Assembly: GCA_002269645.1 (NCBI GenBank)
Contig: NIVC01001949.1
Span: 1 to 44,863, forward strand
Reading direction: 5' to 3'
Length of the DNA stretch: 44,863 bases
DNA from: Macrostomum lignano
Lineage: Eukaryota
Part shown: positions 10,797-23,317 of the stretch, one piece after another
Layout: every line of letters starts with the position of its first letter
Numbering within the stretch: position 1 is the stretch's first letter
Made by a program: the position numbers and the translations under genes
The notes under the pieces: model-generated
Told to the model about the DNA's origin: nothing
The model's input: the letters and a program-made list of their open reading frames with translations, nothing else
The model's database searches: none

Positions 10797-11993
10797 TGAC
10801 ATTGGTGTCACCTTGTTAGATAATTGGTTTCACCTGTTAGATAATTGGTGTCACCCTGTTAGATAATTGGTGTCACCCTGTTAGATAATTGGTGTCACCC
10901 TGTTAGATAATTGGTGTCACCCTGTTAGATAATTGGTGTCACCTATTAGATAATTGGTGTCACCTATTAGATAATAGGTGTCACCTGTTAGACACAGTGG
11001 TGTCACCTGTTAGATAATTGGTGTCACCCTGTTAGACACAGTGGTGTCACCTGTTAGATAATTGGTGTCACCCTGTTAGATAATTGGTGTCACCCTGTTA
11101 GATAATTGGTGTCAACTCTGTTAGATAATTGGTGTCACCTGTTAGATAATTGGTGTCACCTGTTAGATAATTGGTGTCACCTGTTAGATAATTGGTGTCA
11201 CCTGTTAGACACAGTGGTGTCACCTGTTAGATAATTGGTGTCACCCTGTTAGATAATTGGTGTCACCCTGTTAGATAATTGGTGTCAACCCTGTTAGATA
11301 ATTGGTGTCACCTGTTAGATAATTGGTGTCACCTGTTAGATAATTGTGTCACCTGTTAGATAATTGGTGTCACCTGTTAGATGATTGGTGTCCACCCTTT
11401 TAGATAATTGCAGTGTCACCCTGTTAGATAATTGGTGTCCACCCTGTTAGATAATTGCAGTGTCACCCTGTTAGATAATTGGCGTCACCCTGTTAGATAA
11501 TTGGTGTCACCTGTTAGATAATTGGTGTCACCTGTTAGATAATTGGTGTCACCCTGTTAGATAATTGATGTCACCTGTTAGATAATTGGTGTCACCTGTT
11601 AGATAATTGCAGTGTCACCTGTTAGATAATTGGTGTCACCTGTTAGATAATTGGTGTCACCTGTTAGATAATTGGTGTCACCCTGTTAGATAATTGATGT
11701 CACCTGTTAGATAATTGGTGTCACCTGTTAGATAATTGCAGTGTCACCTGTTAGATAATTGGTGTCACCTGTTAGATAATTGGTGTCACCTGTTAGATAA
11801 TTGGTTTCACCCTGTTAGATAATTGGTGTCACCTGTTAGATAATTGGTGTCACCTGTTAGATAATTGCAGTGTCACCTGTTAGATAATTGGTGTCACCTG
11901 TTAGATAATTGGTGTCACCTGTTAGATAATTGGTGTCACCTATTAGATAATTGGTGTCACCTGTTAGACACAGTGGTGTCACCTGTTAGACAA
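10797..11993. repeat. 21-22-bp minisatellite (TTGGTGTCACCTGTTAGATAA) just downstream of the protocadherin stop
   Basis: More than 50 tandem copies. Confidence 0.96.
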
Positions 11994-12617
11994 CCGGCTG
12001 CAAATTGTTCGCCAAATTGATTTAATTATTACTTTGCACTTAATTATTTTGTGTCTCAACAGCAGCCAAAACTTTCATATGGATATTCTCTGCTTACAAC
12101 TAAAATGTATAGAATTAGGTGTATGCAATGGTACTTAGAATGAATATGTACTTTTACTTAATAGCAAATGTTTATAATATGTTTAAGTCTTCTATAAGCA
12201 ATATTATTCGATTTCGCACTGCCCGAAGCAATTAAATAATGAGATTGAATAAGTTACTGTACTATGTCTATGCTGCATTGATATTGTATGCATTGCATTA
12301 ATGTACATGTACATATCGCTCATGCCCCAATTCGCGAAAAACGGCGTTTTTTTGCTGTATAATTTTTTTGGTAGCGCATTTTTTGTTGCCGAAATTCTAT
12401 TGCTTATAGTTGTTGTGCCTGGCCGTTGTTTAAATATACGCGTCGCACAATATATATGAGTCCACGTGGTAATTTCTAGTGCTTTTTCTGATTTTAGGCC
12501 CTAATTAACAGCTTATAAAGGTACCTGTGCCCCCTTGCCCTGTGCCCAGTGCCCCCCCTAAAATATTATGCTCTGCCCTTAAAAGGGCCGTTTTTAGTAC
12601 AGTGTGTTGGGTTCACC

Positions 12618-12703
12618 ACAATTGACTGCCACAATTTGACTGCCACAATTTGACTGCGGTCAATTTGACTGCGGACAATTTGACTGCCGAGCAATTTGAC
12701 TGC
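12618..12703. repeat. Short ~15-bp tandem repeat (CAATTTGACTGCC..), followed by a CT-rich low-complexity tract to ~12920
   Basis: About 6 copies visible. Confidence 0.8.
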
Positions 12704-14763
12704 CTCATCTCTTCCCTCTTCTCACTCCCTCTTTTCACCTCTACTCTTTCCTCTCCCTCCTCTCTCCCCTCCTCTCGCTTCTTTCTCCGGGGGAATTCTC
12801 CCCTATTCTCTGCTCTCTCTCCTCACCCCTAGTCTCTCCTCTTATCTTCTATCTTTTCTCTTATCCCCCTCTCGCCTCTCCTCTCTTCTAACAGTCTATT
12901 TCTTCTCCTTTCCACTTGCATCTGGCCCGCAGCCATGAGCTGGATTCTTTATCTGGCCTTTGAGGTTAAAGCGTGCCAATCCCTGCTTCGAAAGCCAGTT
13001 TGTGGGACGTAGTACTATCATGGTTGTTATCATTTCTCATGCTTTAATCACGTCATCTTTCTGGCCAATTAGCAGCCCTGAGAGGAGTTTGTGTATCTCC
13101 AGCTCCACCGCAGTTTGCAGCAGTCTAACAGCTCTCCATCACTCAGCTTCCCACTCAAAGCCTCCCAGCCCCCCATTGCATAGTAGGATTATACACCTAA
13201 AGAAGCGCTCTTGCAGCTTATTTATGTATAAGTTTGGCGGCAAAGTTATGAGGGAAATTTCACTGAGCAAAGCTGCAATTTTTAGTTTAGCTAATCGTAA
13301 TTTGGCCATGGCCCATTTGAGGCTCGGGACTCGGGTGTCCATGACTATGGGCTGTTGGGGTAATGCGTACGTGTTATGCTTGTCACTCTGGTTTTATTGT
13401 AGCTAGATTTCATTGAGAGGAGCTTGTGATAATTTGAAAAAAAAATACAAAGCATTTATTTTTGCTTTGAAACTGATTGATTGTAATTTGCACCTTCTTT
13501 ACTAATGCTACGCGTAGCGTGCTTCTTTCAGTTTCCTTTGAAAACATTTCAATTCATTTTTGGGCTGATTTTTTTACTCCGGTCTAAATCTTGAACTGTC
13601 AAAAATAACAGACAAAACGGCCCATTTCAGGCCCATATATGTAGAAAAGTTACCGAGAGGCCATAGCTGTTGATTACTGAGTGTAAAGAATTAGATTGAG
13701 CTTAATAATCCATTGGTGCGAAGCAATTTACTAATTTTTAGGCTGTTTAGCTTTTCAGATACAAAGAAAAAATATTTGTTTATGTAAAAATGTTCTGATT
13801 ACATAAGTGTGCATTGCTACTAGTAAGTAGAGAGAGAAGTAAGTTACACAATGTTGCAAGGAGGGTTTTTGCCGCGTCCAATGAAATTTCTCCGCACGAA
13901 GCTTTAAAATTATCGATTTGTGAGTTCTTTCGGACGGTAAAAGTTGACTGAATACTAAATTCTATTTCAGTTTGAGCTACACAAGGTTTTGTTAATCGTA
14001 TCATATGATAAACTGGAACATTCTATTTCTATTGGATAGGGCCTACTTAGATTTCGAATCTTCCTATTCACCTGTTCAGTAAATAAGAGAAAAGATTTTT
14101 ACATTGATTTGACTTTAAACTCAATCTCATAATGAGATAGATAGTAAGGTAAGTTGTAGTAATTGCAGTTTTTATTTCACTTAAACATTAATACCATCAT
14201 GGTGTCAATGTTCAGGTTCAGGGTAGTTGGATATCAATGTGGTATAATATTTTTGGCTGTTTTGTTTGTGCTTTAATTTCTATATTTTTATATTTATTTA
14301 TTAGGTCTTAATTCTAAATGTTGAGTCAATATTACTATGTTGACTAATTACCATGTTGACTAATGTTGTGTTGACTGGGGTGTGGAACTAATATTATGTT
14401 GACTAATTGACTGATATTAGAATAATTTTGTATTCTTTAAAGTTTTATTTATAGTAGTTATTTAAAAATTTTTAAAGATACTTTTAGTTTCAAACATTTA
14501 ATTTAAGGCAATTGTTATTTGTCTAGTGACTAGACAAATAGCTTTTTTTGGGCAATCTTCTTGAATTGTTCATTAAACTATTTTTTTAATGTTTTTTGCA
14601 CTCTCTTCACTTTAAAAGCTGGTTTTAGCATATTTGGACATCCCCCTAGCTATTAAAACAGTAAAATTAACAACTTTTTTGCACTTTTTTTGCATCTTTA
14701 AAAAATTCTATAAATTCCCAACAAGTCTAGGGCAGGCAGCCTGTTTGCTCATGTAGCCCCCAG

Positions 14764-15455
14764 CCATAGTCAGGAAGGTGGCAGAGTGTGCGCCGGAACA
14801 AATTTTGGCCTCTCCCAAAATTGTGCGCCGTGCGCCGACACAAAAACCCTCGTGTGCGCCGTTGTGCGCCCGCCACTACCTGCCTTGCGACAATAAAAGA
14901 CCTTTTTTTACAACATAGCAACAATTTTTGTGCGCCAATATTTTCAATAAACGTTACACGAGAGTCGAGTCACGAGACAAGAGAATATAATGGTTAATAC
15001 GGGACGGTTACGGGCTATCTATATTATGAGAAATTGAGATCGTTAAACCGAAAATAGAAATTTAAGAAATTTTTAATTTAATTTCTAATTTTTAAAACAA
15101 AACAAACATAAAAAGTAAGCAAATGGCAAAAACAATGGTAAAAAGGAAAAGGAAAATATTTTATTTTATTTTTTATTTTTTGGTAGAATGCAGTGTTACA
15201 TTAGATAGAACAGTGAATAGTGTACTGTAACAAGTAACGACTTACATCGTTACATGGGATCGCCACAAGGGTAACGCTGCATGTGGCGCGGCGCCCGCCG
15301 CGCCGCGCCGCCTGCCGCGCCGCGCCGCCATGCGCCGGTGTCCTCTGGTGTGCGCCGTTGTGCGCCGCTGTGCGCCGCTGTGCGCCGTTGTGTGCCCAAA
15401 AAGGGCTTGTGTGCGCCGGAATTTTCCGACCAAACTGCCACCTTCCTGACTATGG
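14764..15455. mobile_element. 692-bp non-autonomous DNA transposon (hAT- or P-like, superfamily unresolved)
   Basis: Perfect 21-bp TIR CCATAGTCAGGAAGGTGGCAG / CTGCCACCTTCCTGACTATGG. Perfect 8-bp TSD GCCCCCAG at 14756-14763 and 15456-15463. Many subterminal TGTGCGCCG copies. Confidence 0.92.
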
Positions 15456-17319
15456 GCCCCCAGTTGGATACCACTTTTTGCATATTTATGTACGCTTTCC
15501 ATTATATTTTAGCTTGAAAATTAGACCCATATGGTATGTGTTTATTCCTTATAAGTCAATAATATCTTGGAAACCAGAATAATATCTATGAGTCTGCTCC
15601 GCAAGAGGTCCTACCCAGCTGTTTAAAATTTTGTAGGAACAATAAAAGTCGGACTGTTAAAATTAGCACATTTCAATTTAATTTCTCATGTTTATTCGCA
15701 CCCCTAAGTCAGTGTAAAATTCTTTATTCTCTCTCTACTATCGTTTCAACCTTCTCTCCTATTATTTATTTCCTGTCTTACCTTCTCATCTTATCTCTTA
15801 TCTGTACTCTCCTTTACCCGGTAGGACATTACTATACACCCCCTCTGTATGCCCCACCTTGTGCTTCCCGCCAGGCGCTAGGTGCCTGGGCGTTTAGTAT
15901 GTCCGCACGCCTCCGCGGGTGCCCTACTGGTAGGAGGTGCAGGGTAAATAAAATTCGGCGTAATTTCCTTAAAGTCTATTGTTAGTAGGCTGTGCTGTAT
16001 TTTTTGTGCTATAATTAAGCGCCGTAAAAAGCCTAGCAGCAGCTCCGCTCCTGCCCAGCAGCTCTGCTCGCCACGCTGCCCCCTTTGACCATGTACTTTT
16101 CATATGTATGTTTCAGTCTGTGATAGACATGCCGTATGTATTAAGCGGCAGTCACTTTAAATAAAAAGTATTAAACATGCTCATGTTAATTTTCTATTTG
16201 TTACCAGTGTAAATGGTTTACGGATACTTCTATTCTAGTCTCATTAATTTATTTTAATGATTTTATTAATCTTATAATTATAATTGTAATGGTTGACCCT
16301 TTTTTGCTGCGGATCCCACCAACGTAACCAATGTAATGGCCTTGGGATCCCCGTCTCTTTGGTGACTACTGCTGTTGCCTATTACTTTCTGTCTGTCCTC
16401 GCTAACTAGCACGGCCGGTAGCTGGCCTGCTAGTTAGCCCCTAACTAGCCCCTATCCGAATTAACCCCTCTTAGTCTCTACAGAGTACAATTAGATATTA
16501 AACCGAGTATTGGTAGTTGGTTTGCTGCCACCTTGTAGGTCTACAGGTGATATCCTCGACAGGTTACCCCTAGGTAGGCCTACTGATAAGTAGAAAATAA
16601 ATAAGACAAAACAAGTCAGTAAGCATTTATTAATGTGAATGACGGTCACAGGCCGATCCTAAATTATCGTTTAATAACTCCACTGGTGTCGCAGTACATT
16701 CCCTAAACCCTATTAGGTGTCACTGATGTTGCCCAACAGCGTAGGATGTAGGCCGCAAGACCAGGTCCAGACGGTGTTGAAGGTCTGGCGAGCTGGTGAC
16801 ACACGACCTGCGGCAGTCTTATTGGCCAGGCCAATGGGAAGCTCAGAGGCAGTTCCGTGGCAGATCCCATGGCAGTTCCGTGGCAGATCCCATGGCAGTT
16901 CCGTGGACTACCCGGAGCCAGGAGCGATCTTGGAGATGTCCATAAGACATCTGCCTCATCATGCAGCCTCCGCATGGCCTGCTGGTACACTGCTTGCATG
17001 TTGCGGAATGCAAGGAGTGCACCAAGACCCCACGAGAGCACCTAACGGCCGTGGGCTAGCCAGACAATCCACTACACAAAAACACCTAACGGCCGTGGGC
17101 TAGCCAGACAATCCACTACACAAAAAATACCTGGCTAGCCAGTGAGTCCACGTGTGGACCCACACAGGCTAGCCTAGAGAGTCCACACAGTGCGCACAGT
17201 GATAGTACGCTAGATATGCCAAGGAACGCTGCTATTGGTCCGTGTAGGCTGGGGTCGAGTGCACCCGCGGACGAGAATGAGAAGTCTGGGAATTCTGAGT
17301 GCTAAAAATAGACACCGCT

Positions 17320-17390
17320 AAAAATTGGTCGAGTGGCCAGTGCGCCTGACTTGAAATTGGAAGGTTTGAGGTTCGAATCTTGCTAGACAA
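17320..17390 (+). pseudogene. Degenerate tRNA-like sequence (tRNA pseudogene or SINE head; anticodon loop reads TGA, Ser-like)
   Basis: A-box-like TGGTCGAGTGG, loop CTTGAAA and B-box GGTTCGAATC at tRNA-like spacing. Stems are poor, with no convincing acceptor stem or long variable arm. Confidence 0.5.
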
Positions 17391-18469
17391 AATATTTTCT
17401 TGATGTAAGTATTGTGGGTGTAAAAAAAGCAGAAAAGGCAGAAGACCAAAAATTAGAATTTAAGTGAACAACATTAAATTATGGTAAGGATTATTACTAT
17501 TAAAATTAGAGGATTATTAAGTTTAAGCAATGAAAATACGCGGATTAGAAAAGTAGTATTGAAAGAGTAAAAAGCATTATTTATTCGAACATAAATAAAA
17601 ACGGTGGAAATGATTTTTTAAAATTTAGTATTAGCATTCATACTTCGTCTGTAATCATAGTACTTTAAATCAGTAGCTCATTTTGGGTTTGTAGAATTTA
17701 AGTGATTAAGCTGGTGATAATGCATTGGAGAGCCACTCATAAGCCAAATTGATATATTATCGGGTTAGCCAATAGCCTTAATACTAAGATGCACAGCACA
17801 GGTAGGCTCCTTGCATGCACGCGCTCACAGCTCACACTGCTGCCAATATCAGCGGCAAGCTCAACCGCCTGCAAGTTAGCGATGTGGCAGTCCATTAATG
17901 TGGCAGTTGCAGGCCTAAAGTTAAGTAACTCTCATGAAGTCATGCACTCATCACTCATGGTCTGTGTTTTTTTGGTTTGTTTTTGTTTTGGCACGGTTTG
18001 AGTCTAGCAGTGCTAATATTGAACACTTAGTAATCTTTTGTAACACTTCGGGTGAAGCACATTTAGTTCCTGTCATATTTATTGTCATTGAAGTCGAAGA
18101 TCAATTATACCGGTACCGTTTCGACGTATCGTAATTATTAAAAAAAGAATCTATATTTGAAAGTTCAACTGTTGTGCCACCTTAGATACATTTTTTCTGG
18201 TAAAAAAGTCTTAAATGTTTTATGGATATGGATAATGTTTTTGCCTAATATAGATTATATTTAGATTTAATCTGAATATAATTTAGATATAATTCTTTTT
18301 TAAATTTTTACAAGCCAAAGGTTATAAATACTCACTAGTGACATTAGTATCAGTAGCCGAAATATTTTGTTTTGCTTTGTCTTGAAACAAGTATATATAT
18401 AATGTAGCATATAAAGTGTGAAGAAGGGACACAACAGTAAAAAAATTCATAAGTGTATTAAAAATGAAA

Positions 18470-18806
18470 ACTAGGATGATGAAACTTATTAACGCGCAAC
18501 TATTAGCATATAAAATAAAGTAGAGTAACATGTTGTGCACGCTATATTAAAATAATGGTAGTCTTCATCCTTCAGAATGAAAAGCTTTGGGTAATATATT
18601 TTGTTAATGATATATTCTCCAGTGTATTTTCACGGAAATCAGCCTCTAAAACAATTACAGGATCTCTGAATCTGACTGCTTTTATTTAATGTATTGATTG
18701 TATTCACAGATAAATGTATCGTGGGTTGCTTTCACAAGCTCGAAATTTCACATCAAAACCAGTTATTTTCATAAACTCGAAATTTCACAACCTCGAAAAC
18801 CATTTT
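18470..18806 (+). repeat. 337-bp dispersed repeat, inverted copy at 38320-38656
   Basis: End-to-end reverse-complement match with only a few differences. Confidence 0.93.
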
Positions 18807-19180
18807 GAACTCGAATAAACTCGATAAACTCGAAAGCAAGTTTAACGGAAAACCAATTTAAGTATTTATGCACTTTCTGCAGTCCGTCTAGACTGTGTTG
18901 TTTATTGCAAAGGCATGCTAGTCTAAATAACGGCGGCAAGGAATGAGTACGTTAGTATTCCTGAAGTACAAGTACGTAGCAAGGTTTTACAAATTGTAGA
19001 TACATCTAGACTGCGCATATCTCTAATTCCCCAATCCGGTATGTTCTGAAGTTCTGTCCCAGTCAGGTGGTATGCAGTTACTACAGCAATCGTTAGGTAA
19101 GTACATGTAAGTGACTGCAGCAAGGTTTTTTAATGTTTTCAGTATGCCATTTGTTGTATTCCCGAATGCAACAAAATCAG

Positions 19181-19566
19181 TTTTAGCGCCGCAGGCACTC
19201 ATTTTAGCGCCGGAGTCACTCATTTTAGCACCGCAGGCACTCATTTTAGCACCGCAGGCACTCATTTTAGCACCACAGGCACTCATTTTAGCACCGCAGG
19301 CACTCATTTTAGCACCGCAGGCACTCATTTTAGCACCACAGGCACTCATTTTAGCACCGCAGGCACTCATTTTAGCACCGCAGGCACTCATTTTAGCACC
19401 GCAGGCACTCATTTTAGCACCACAGGCACTCCTTTTAGCACCACAGGCACTCATTTTAGCGCCGCAGTCACTCATTTTAGCGCCGCAGGCACTCATTTTA
19501 GCGCCGCAGGCACTCATTTTAGCGCCGCAGGCACTCCTTTTAGCTCCACAGGCACTCATTTTAGCA
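19181..19566. repeat. 21-bp minisatellite (TTTTAGCACCGCAGGCACTCA), ~18 copies
   Basis: Tandem copies. The stop-free unit explains the ORFs on both strands. Confidence 0.96.
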
Positions 19567-20956
19567 CTAAAAGTAAGCACTGGTATTTGGGCCTTAGAAA
19601 AGAATACCGACAGGCAACTCATTTTTATTATATAAGATACAGACAACTCATTTTTAGGATATATAGGATGCCCGGCGCTTCAGCTTGGCCGGCTCTTACG
19701 CCACTATGTATTATTATATTTCAAATATTTTTACAGTATTGGTTACAGTTTGTATATAATGGTGTGCGAGTAATAAAGCAGTGCATCAATATAAATAAAT
19801 CGAAGTACAGTATAAAATAAATCGAATAAAAGTAGAGAATTGATATTTGAAAACTGATATGTATTGAATTGTAAAATAGGATTTGACATTATGGAATTAA
19901 AAGATATCTCAGTTATTAGGCAATAAAATATTGATTACTATTGTGATGGATTTAAGTAGTAAAAAATAGTTTACAGGTATTGTCATGGATACAGAGTAAT
20001 AAGTGACTGTGGATATCAGTTAATTGCTCATTAATTGGTAACGTATGTAAACAGTCAACATTCAGTGTAAATTTATAGCGTAGCATGACTAGAGAGCTTT
20101 ATGGTAGCTATAGCGAAGATATTAAAATTGTCAATGTTAGTCAGTTAATTCTGTTTTCACTGAACTAAAGTTACTAAACCAATAATTAAACTGGTTTTAA
20201 ATAAGCATTCATATGCTTCTCACTTTCAACTCGTTTTGCTATGGTGACAAAAGTATCCAGGTATCCAGGTGCAGATTTGTGGTGCCCCTATGGCATCGCA
20301 GCGGCCAGGCCATAGGCGTTGAATATCCTGGGCCCCAGGTCCGGCTAGATTAAAAAGCCGGCAGCCCAGAGCTCCGGCAACGGCAGAGCGCGCTGGAAGC
20401 CCTCGTAGCGATCGGGCAGAATCTGAGTGAGAGTGCAAAATGTTTTTAACTGGTTAGTTTTGTCTTCGTTACATATTGCTGAAGATTCTGGAGGGTAAAG
20501 ACCCAGGGTGGATTCTGGAGGGTATTTGATTAAGACGAACGAGTCAATTGTGGATGGAATGTACTTATCTGTTGTAGTAGGATGCAATAACTCGTAGGAT
20601 GGTAGGATGCAGTGCCGCCAAGTATCAGAACGTAGCCGAGTGGCCAAACCAAGGCTGCTGGGGTGCTGGAATTGAACTTAATTGGTTGCATTGAACAGCA
20701 GTCCTAAGTAATATTTTTTTTAATGTAAATCGTAACAGTGTGCAATGCTTTTTTACTGATTACAACTTGCCAAGCTTATACTATGGTATGATCAATAAAT
20801 AAGGAAGAAATTGAAGGCAAAGATTTTTAATCCAAAAAGGGGGCTGGGTAAGAACCCTCGGGGCGAACCATTTTATTTAAAACAAAACAAAATAACGCAC
20901 TCCAAACCATTTCGCCCCGAGGGTTCATATCTGATTGTAGGGAAAGTTCTCGGAAT

Positions 20957-21165
20957 TGTCTCTCTGTCTGTCCTTCTGTGTGTCTGTATGTATGTCTGTA
21001 TCGGTTCGCCTGCCTGTCAGTCTGTCTGTCCTTCTGTATGTCTGTCTGTATCGGTCTGTCTGCCTGTCTGTCCTTCTGTATGTCTGTCTGTCCTTCTGTA
21101 TGTCTGCCTGTCTCTCGGCCTGTCTGTCTGTCTGTCCATCCGTCTGCCTGCTAGCCTGTCTGTCT
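20957..21165. repeat. (CTGT)n-type microsatellite
   Basis: Seen directly. Confidence 0.9.
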
Positions 21166-21348
21166 GAAATAGTGAAATAGTGATTTTTTGTGAATTGGTA
21201 TTATTCTTTATTCCTTAGGGACATCTGTTTAAAAATGTTGAAAAATTCCGAAAACTTTCCCCACAATCAGATAGCCCAGCCCACCCAGCGCAATGCGCAA
21301 TTTTACAGAAAGTGCGTTTCAGAAAGTGCGGACAGAAAGCCGCAGGCC

Positions 21349-21484
21349 GCTGCTTCTAAGGCGCCGGATTCGGCGCCGAATGCGGCGGCGCTGAGGCAGC
21401 GGCGGCGGTGGTGGCGGTGGCGCCGGCGGTGGTGGCGGTGGCGCCGGCGGCGGCGGCGGCGGTGGCGGTGGCGCTTGATCCATC
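21349..21484 (-). other. Candidate low-complexity exon (Ala/Thr- or Pro-rich depending on phase) of a minus-strand gene
   Basis: On the minus strand TTTCTTTTCCAG|ATGGATCAAGCGCC opens a GC-rich island in AT-rich surroundings. Reading frame unresolved. Confidence 0.35.
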
Positions 21485-22342
21485 TGGAAAAGAAACCAGA
21501 GTTGAGTGAAAAAAAACATTTTTCGCACCATCTTGAAACCATAATGATGAATTGCGTCACTTAAAACATGATGCTAGTGTATGTCTAGAAACCATAGTGC
21601 ACATGTCCTCCTCATACTAATTTTAGTAGCCTACTCTTCCTAGTTGTCTCGCAGGTCACTCAGATACTCAGGGTGAACCTCCTGGATTTAAAGGTCTGTG
21701 TTCAGTATATTGCTTGTGTATAGGAAAAATTTGTGTGCTTTGGGAGCACTAGAAACGGTGGGAATCCAGCATGGTTTGTAAAAGCGAAAGATTTATGAAA
21801 AGGCGATGCAATGCAATGCAACCCTACTAAATTAGTCACATCATGGAAATTTTAGGTTTCTCTTAAAAGTACTTTGAATTTTAAATTTCCTCCTAAGAAA
21901 TGCGTATTTCCTTTGTTGTTAGACTGCTGCAGACTGCAGTGGAGATGAAAATACACAAATTCCTTTCAGGACTGCAAATTGGCAAGAAAGAAGACATGAT
22001 CAAAGCATGAGAACAGCCATGAGAGTACTAAGAGAGGAAAGAAGACGGGAGAGAGAGCAGAGGAGAGACAACGGGAGAGAAGTGGAGTAAGACAGACACT
22101 AAGAAAGACATTGGGACAGACACTAAGATAGACACTAGGATAGATAACAGATATGACAGAAATAACTATATATAGCTTATTACTAAATATATATATATAG
22201 CTTATTATGAACTGTAAATATCCACCTATAATAAATGTCTAAGTCTGTTATAACTAAATGCGCATAGCTTAAAACTCACTATATATGCTTATAACTAAGC
22301 AAATATTGGTTATTATGAAGCGTATTATCAGAGTAAGACTCT

Positions 22343-22562
22343 AGGAAGTCGAACAATTTTAAAGTTCAAAATGCCATCCACAATTTGTGCAAGCGAAAAT
22401 CACAATAAAAAAAACGTGGCGCCAAGTCTTATGACGCTCGTTAAAAGATTAATCTAATATATTCCATTGAAAAAACTTGATATCGTGCGCTTGCAGCAAA
22501 ACTGAATTTTACTAAGAATTATTCAAACAGTGGCATTTTCGCTTTAAAATTATTCGATTCCT
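22343..22562. mobile_element. ~220-bp degenerate MITE
   Basis: Imperfect ~33-bp inverted ends: AGGAAGTCGAACAATTTTAAAGTTCAAAATGCCA versus the reverse complement of the right end, AGGAATCGAATAATTTTAAAGCGAAAATGCCA. No clear TSD. Confidence 0.55.
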
Positions 22563-23317
22563 TGAACTTACCTGTATTCAAAGACAGATTAAAAATAACC
22601 AAGTATAGCCGTTAAGCTTGCGCTCAAATATTTATACTCTATGCAGGCCTATGCTTAAAATGAGACAAGGATAGCCTTTTCTTTCCAGCTCTTTATATAA
22701 GCTCCTTGATACTGGTGAATAAAGCCACAAATTAACTTACACCGTGGGTGGTGGCCGTCGTTGAATCAAAAAGCGAGAGGCTCATTAATCAAAGGGAGGG
22801 GTTGTCTTGCCTAACTCACCGTGGGAGAATTCTCATTGGCCCGCGTGCTCAGTTTTGGGGTGGGTGTAGAACGGTGGCCCTCTCTCAATGTACGATAACT
22901 CCTAGTAGGCTGCTTCCAAGTCAGCGTTCAAACTTTTATGGGAAAACTATTCGACTATATATAATATACTAGAATTTAGAATTAGAATTTATAATGTATA
23001 TTAGTACATATAGAATATATACGAGCGTATGGTCAGACACACAAGACAGACAAATCTGCTGGCTCATCAGTTCAAGTGCTTGGAAGGTCAGTTTGTCATT
23101 GTGGGGGGACAGAATACTCTCAAGTCGCAATCAGATAGCTCGTAGTAGGACAGTAGTTGAATTCCTTACTGTACTGTCATGGCTTAACGTTACCAGAGAA
23201 GGCTATAAAAAATTATTTCAACTTTCCCTCACAGTTATCCCTATCACCTGATCCTTGTCTGCGGGAAGGGTGGCTGTCTTGCTGACGAAAAGCAGACTAA
23301 CTTTAAAAGCTTTAAAA

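Noticed and set aside
4396-11993. Regularly spaced repeats as CRISPR arrays
   Set aside because: Units are head-to-tail with no unique spacers, the context is eukaryotic and there are no cas genes.
1495-12703. Shared GTCA/TGAC core across many arrays as a common binding motif
   Set aside because: A 4-5-nt match is too short to separate from chance without genome-wide statistics.
12960-13406. 148-aa plus-strand and 67-aa minus-strand ORFs
   Set aside because: Non-ATG or short, with no family motifs or supporting structure.
16703-17135. ORFs of 112-128 aa with local 23-bp and 44-bp duplications
   Set aside because: No recognisable motif or clear splice frame; possibly a decayed repeat, but not supportable.
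19023-19646. ~200-aa ORFs on both strands (ILAPQAL / KMSACGA)
   Set aside because: A stop-free 21-bp tandem unit explains both; there is no unique coding sequence.
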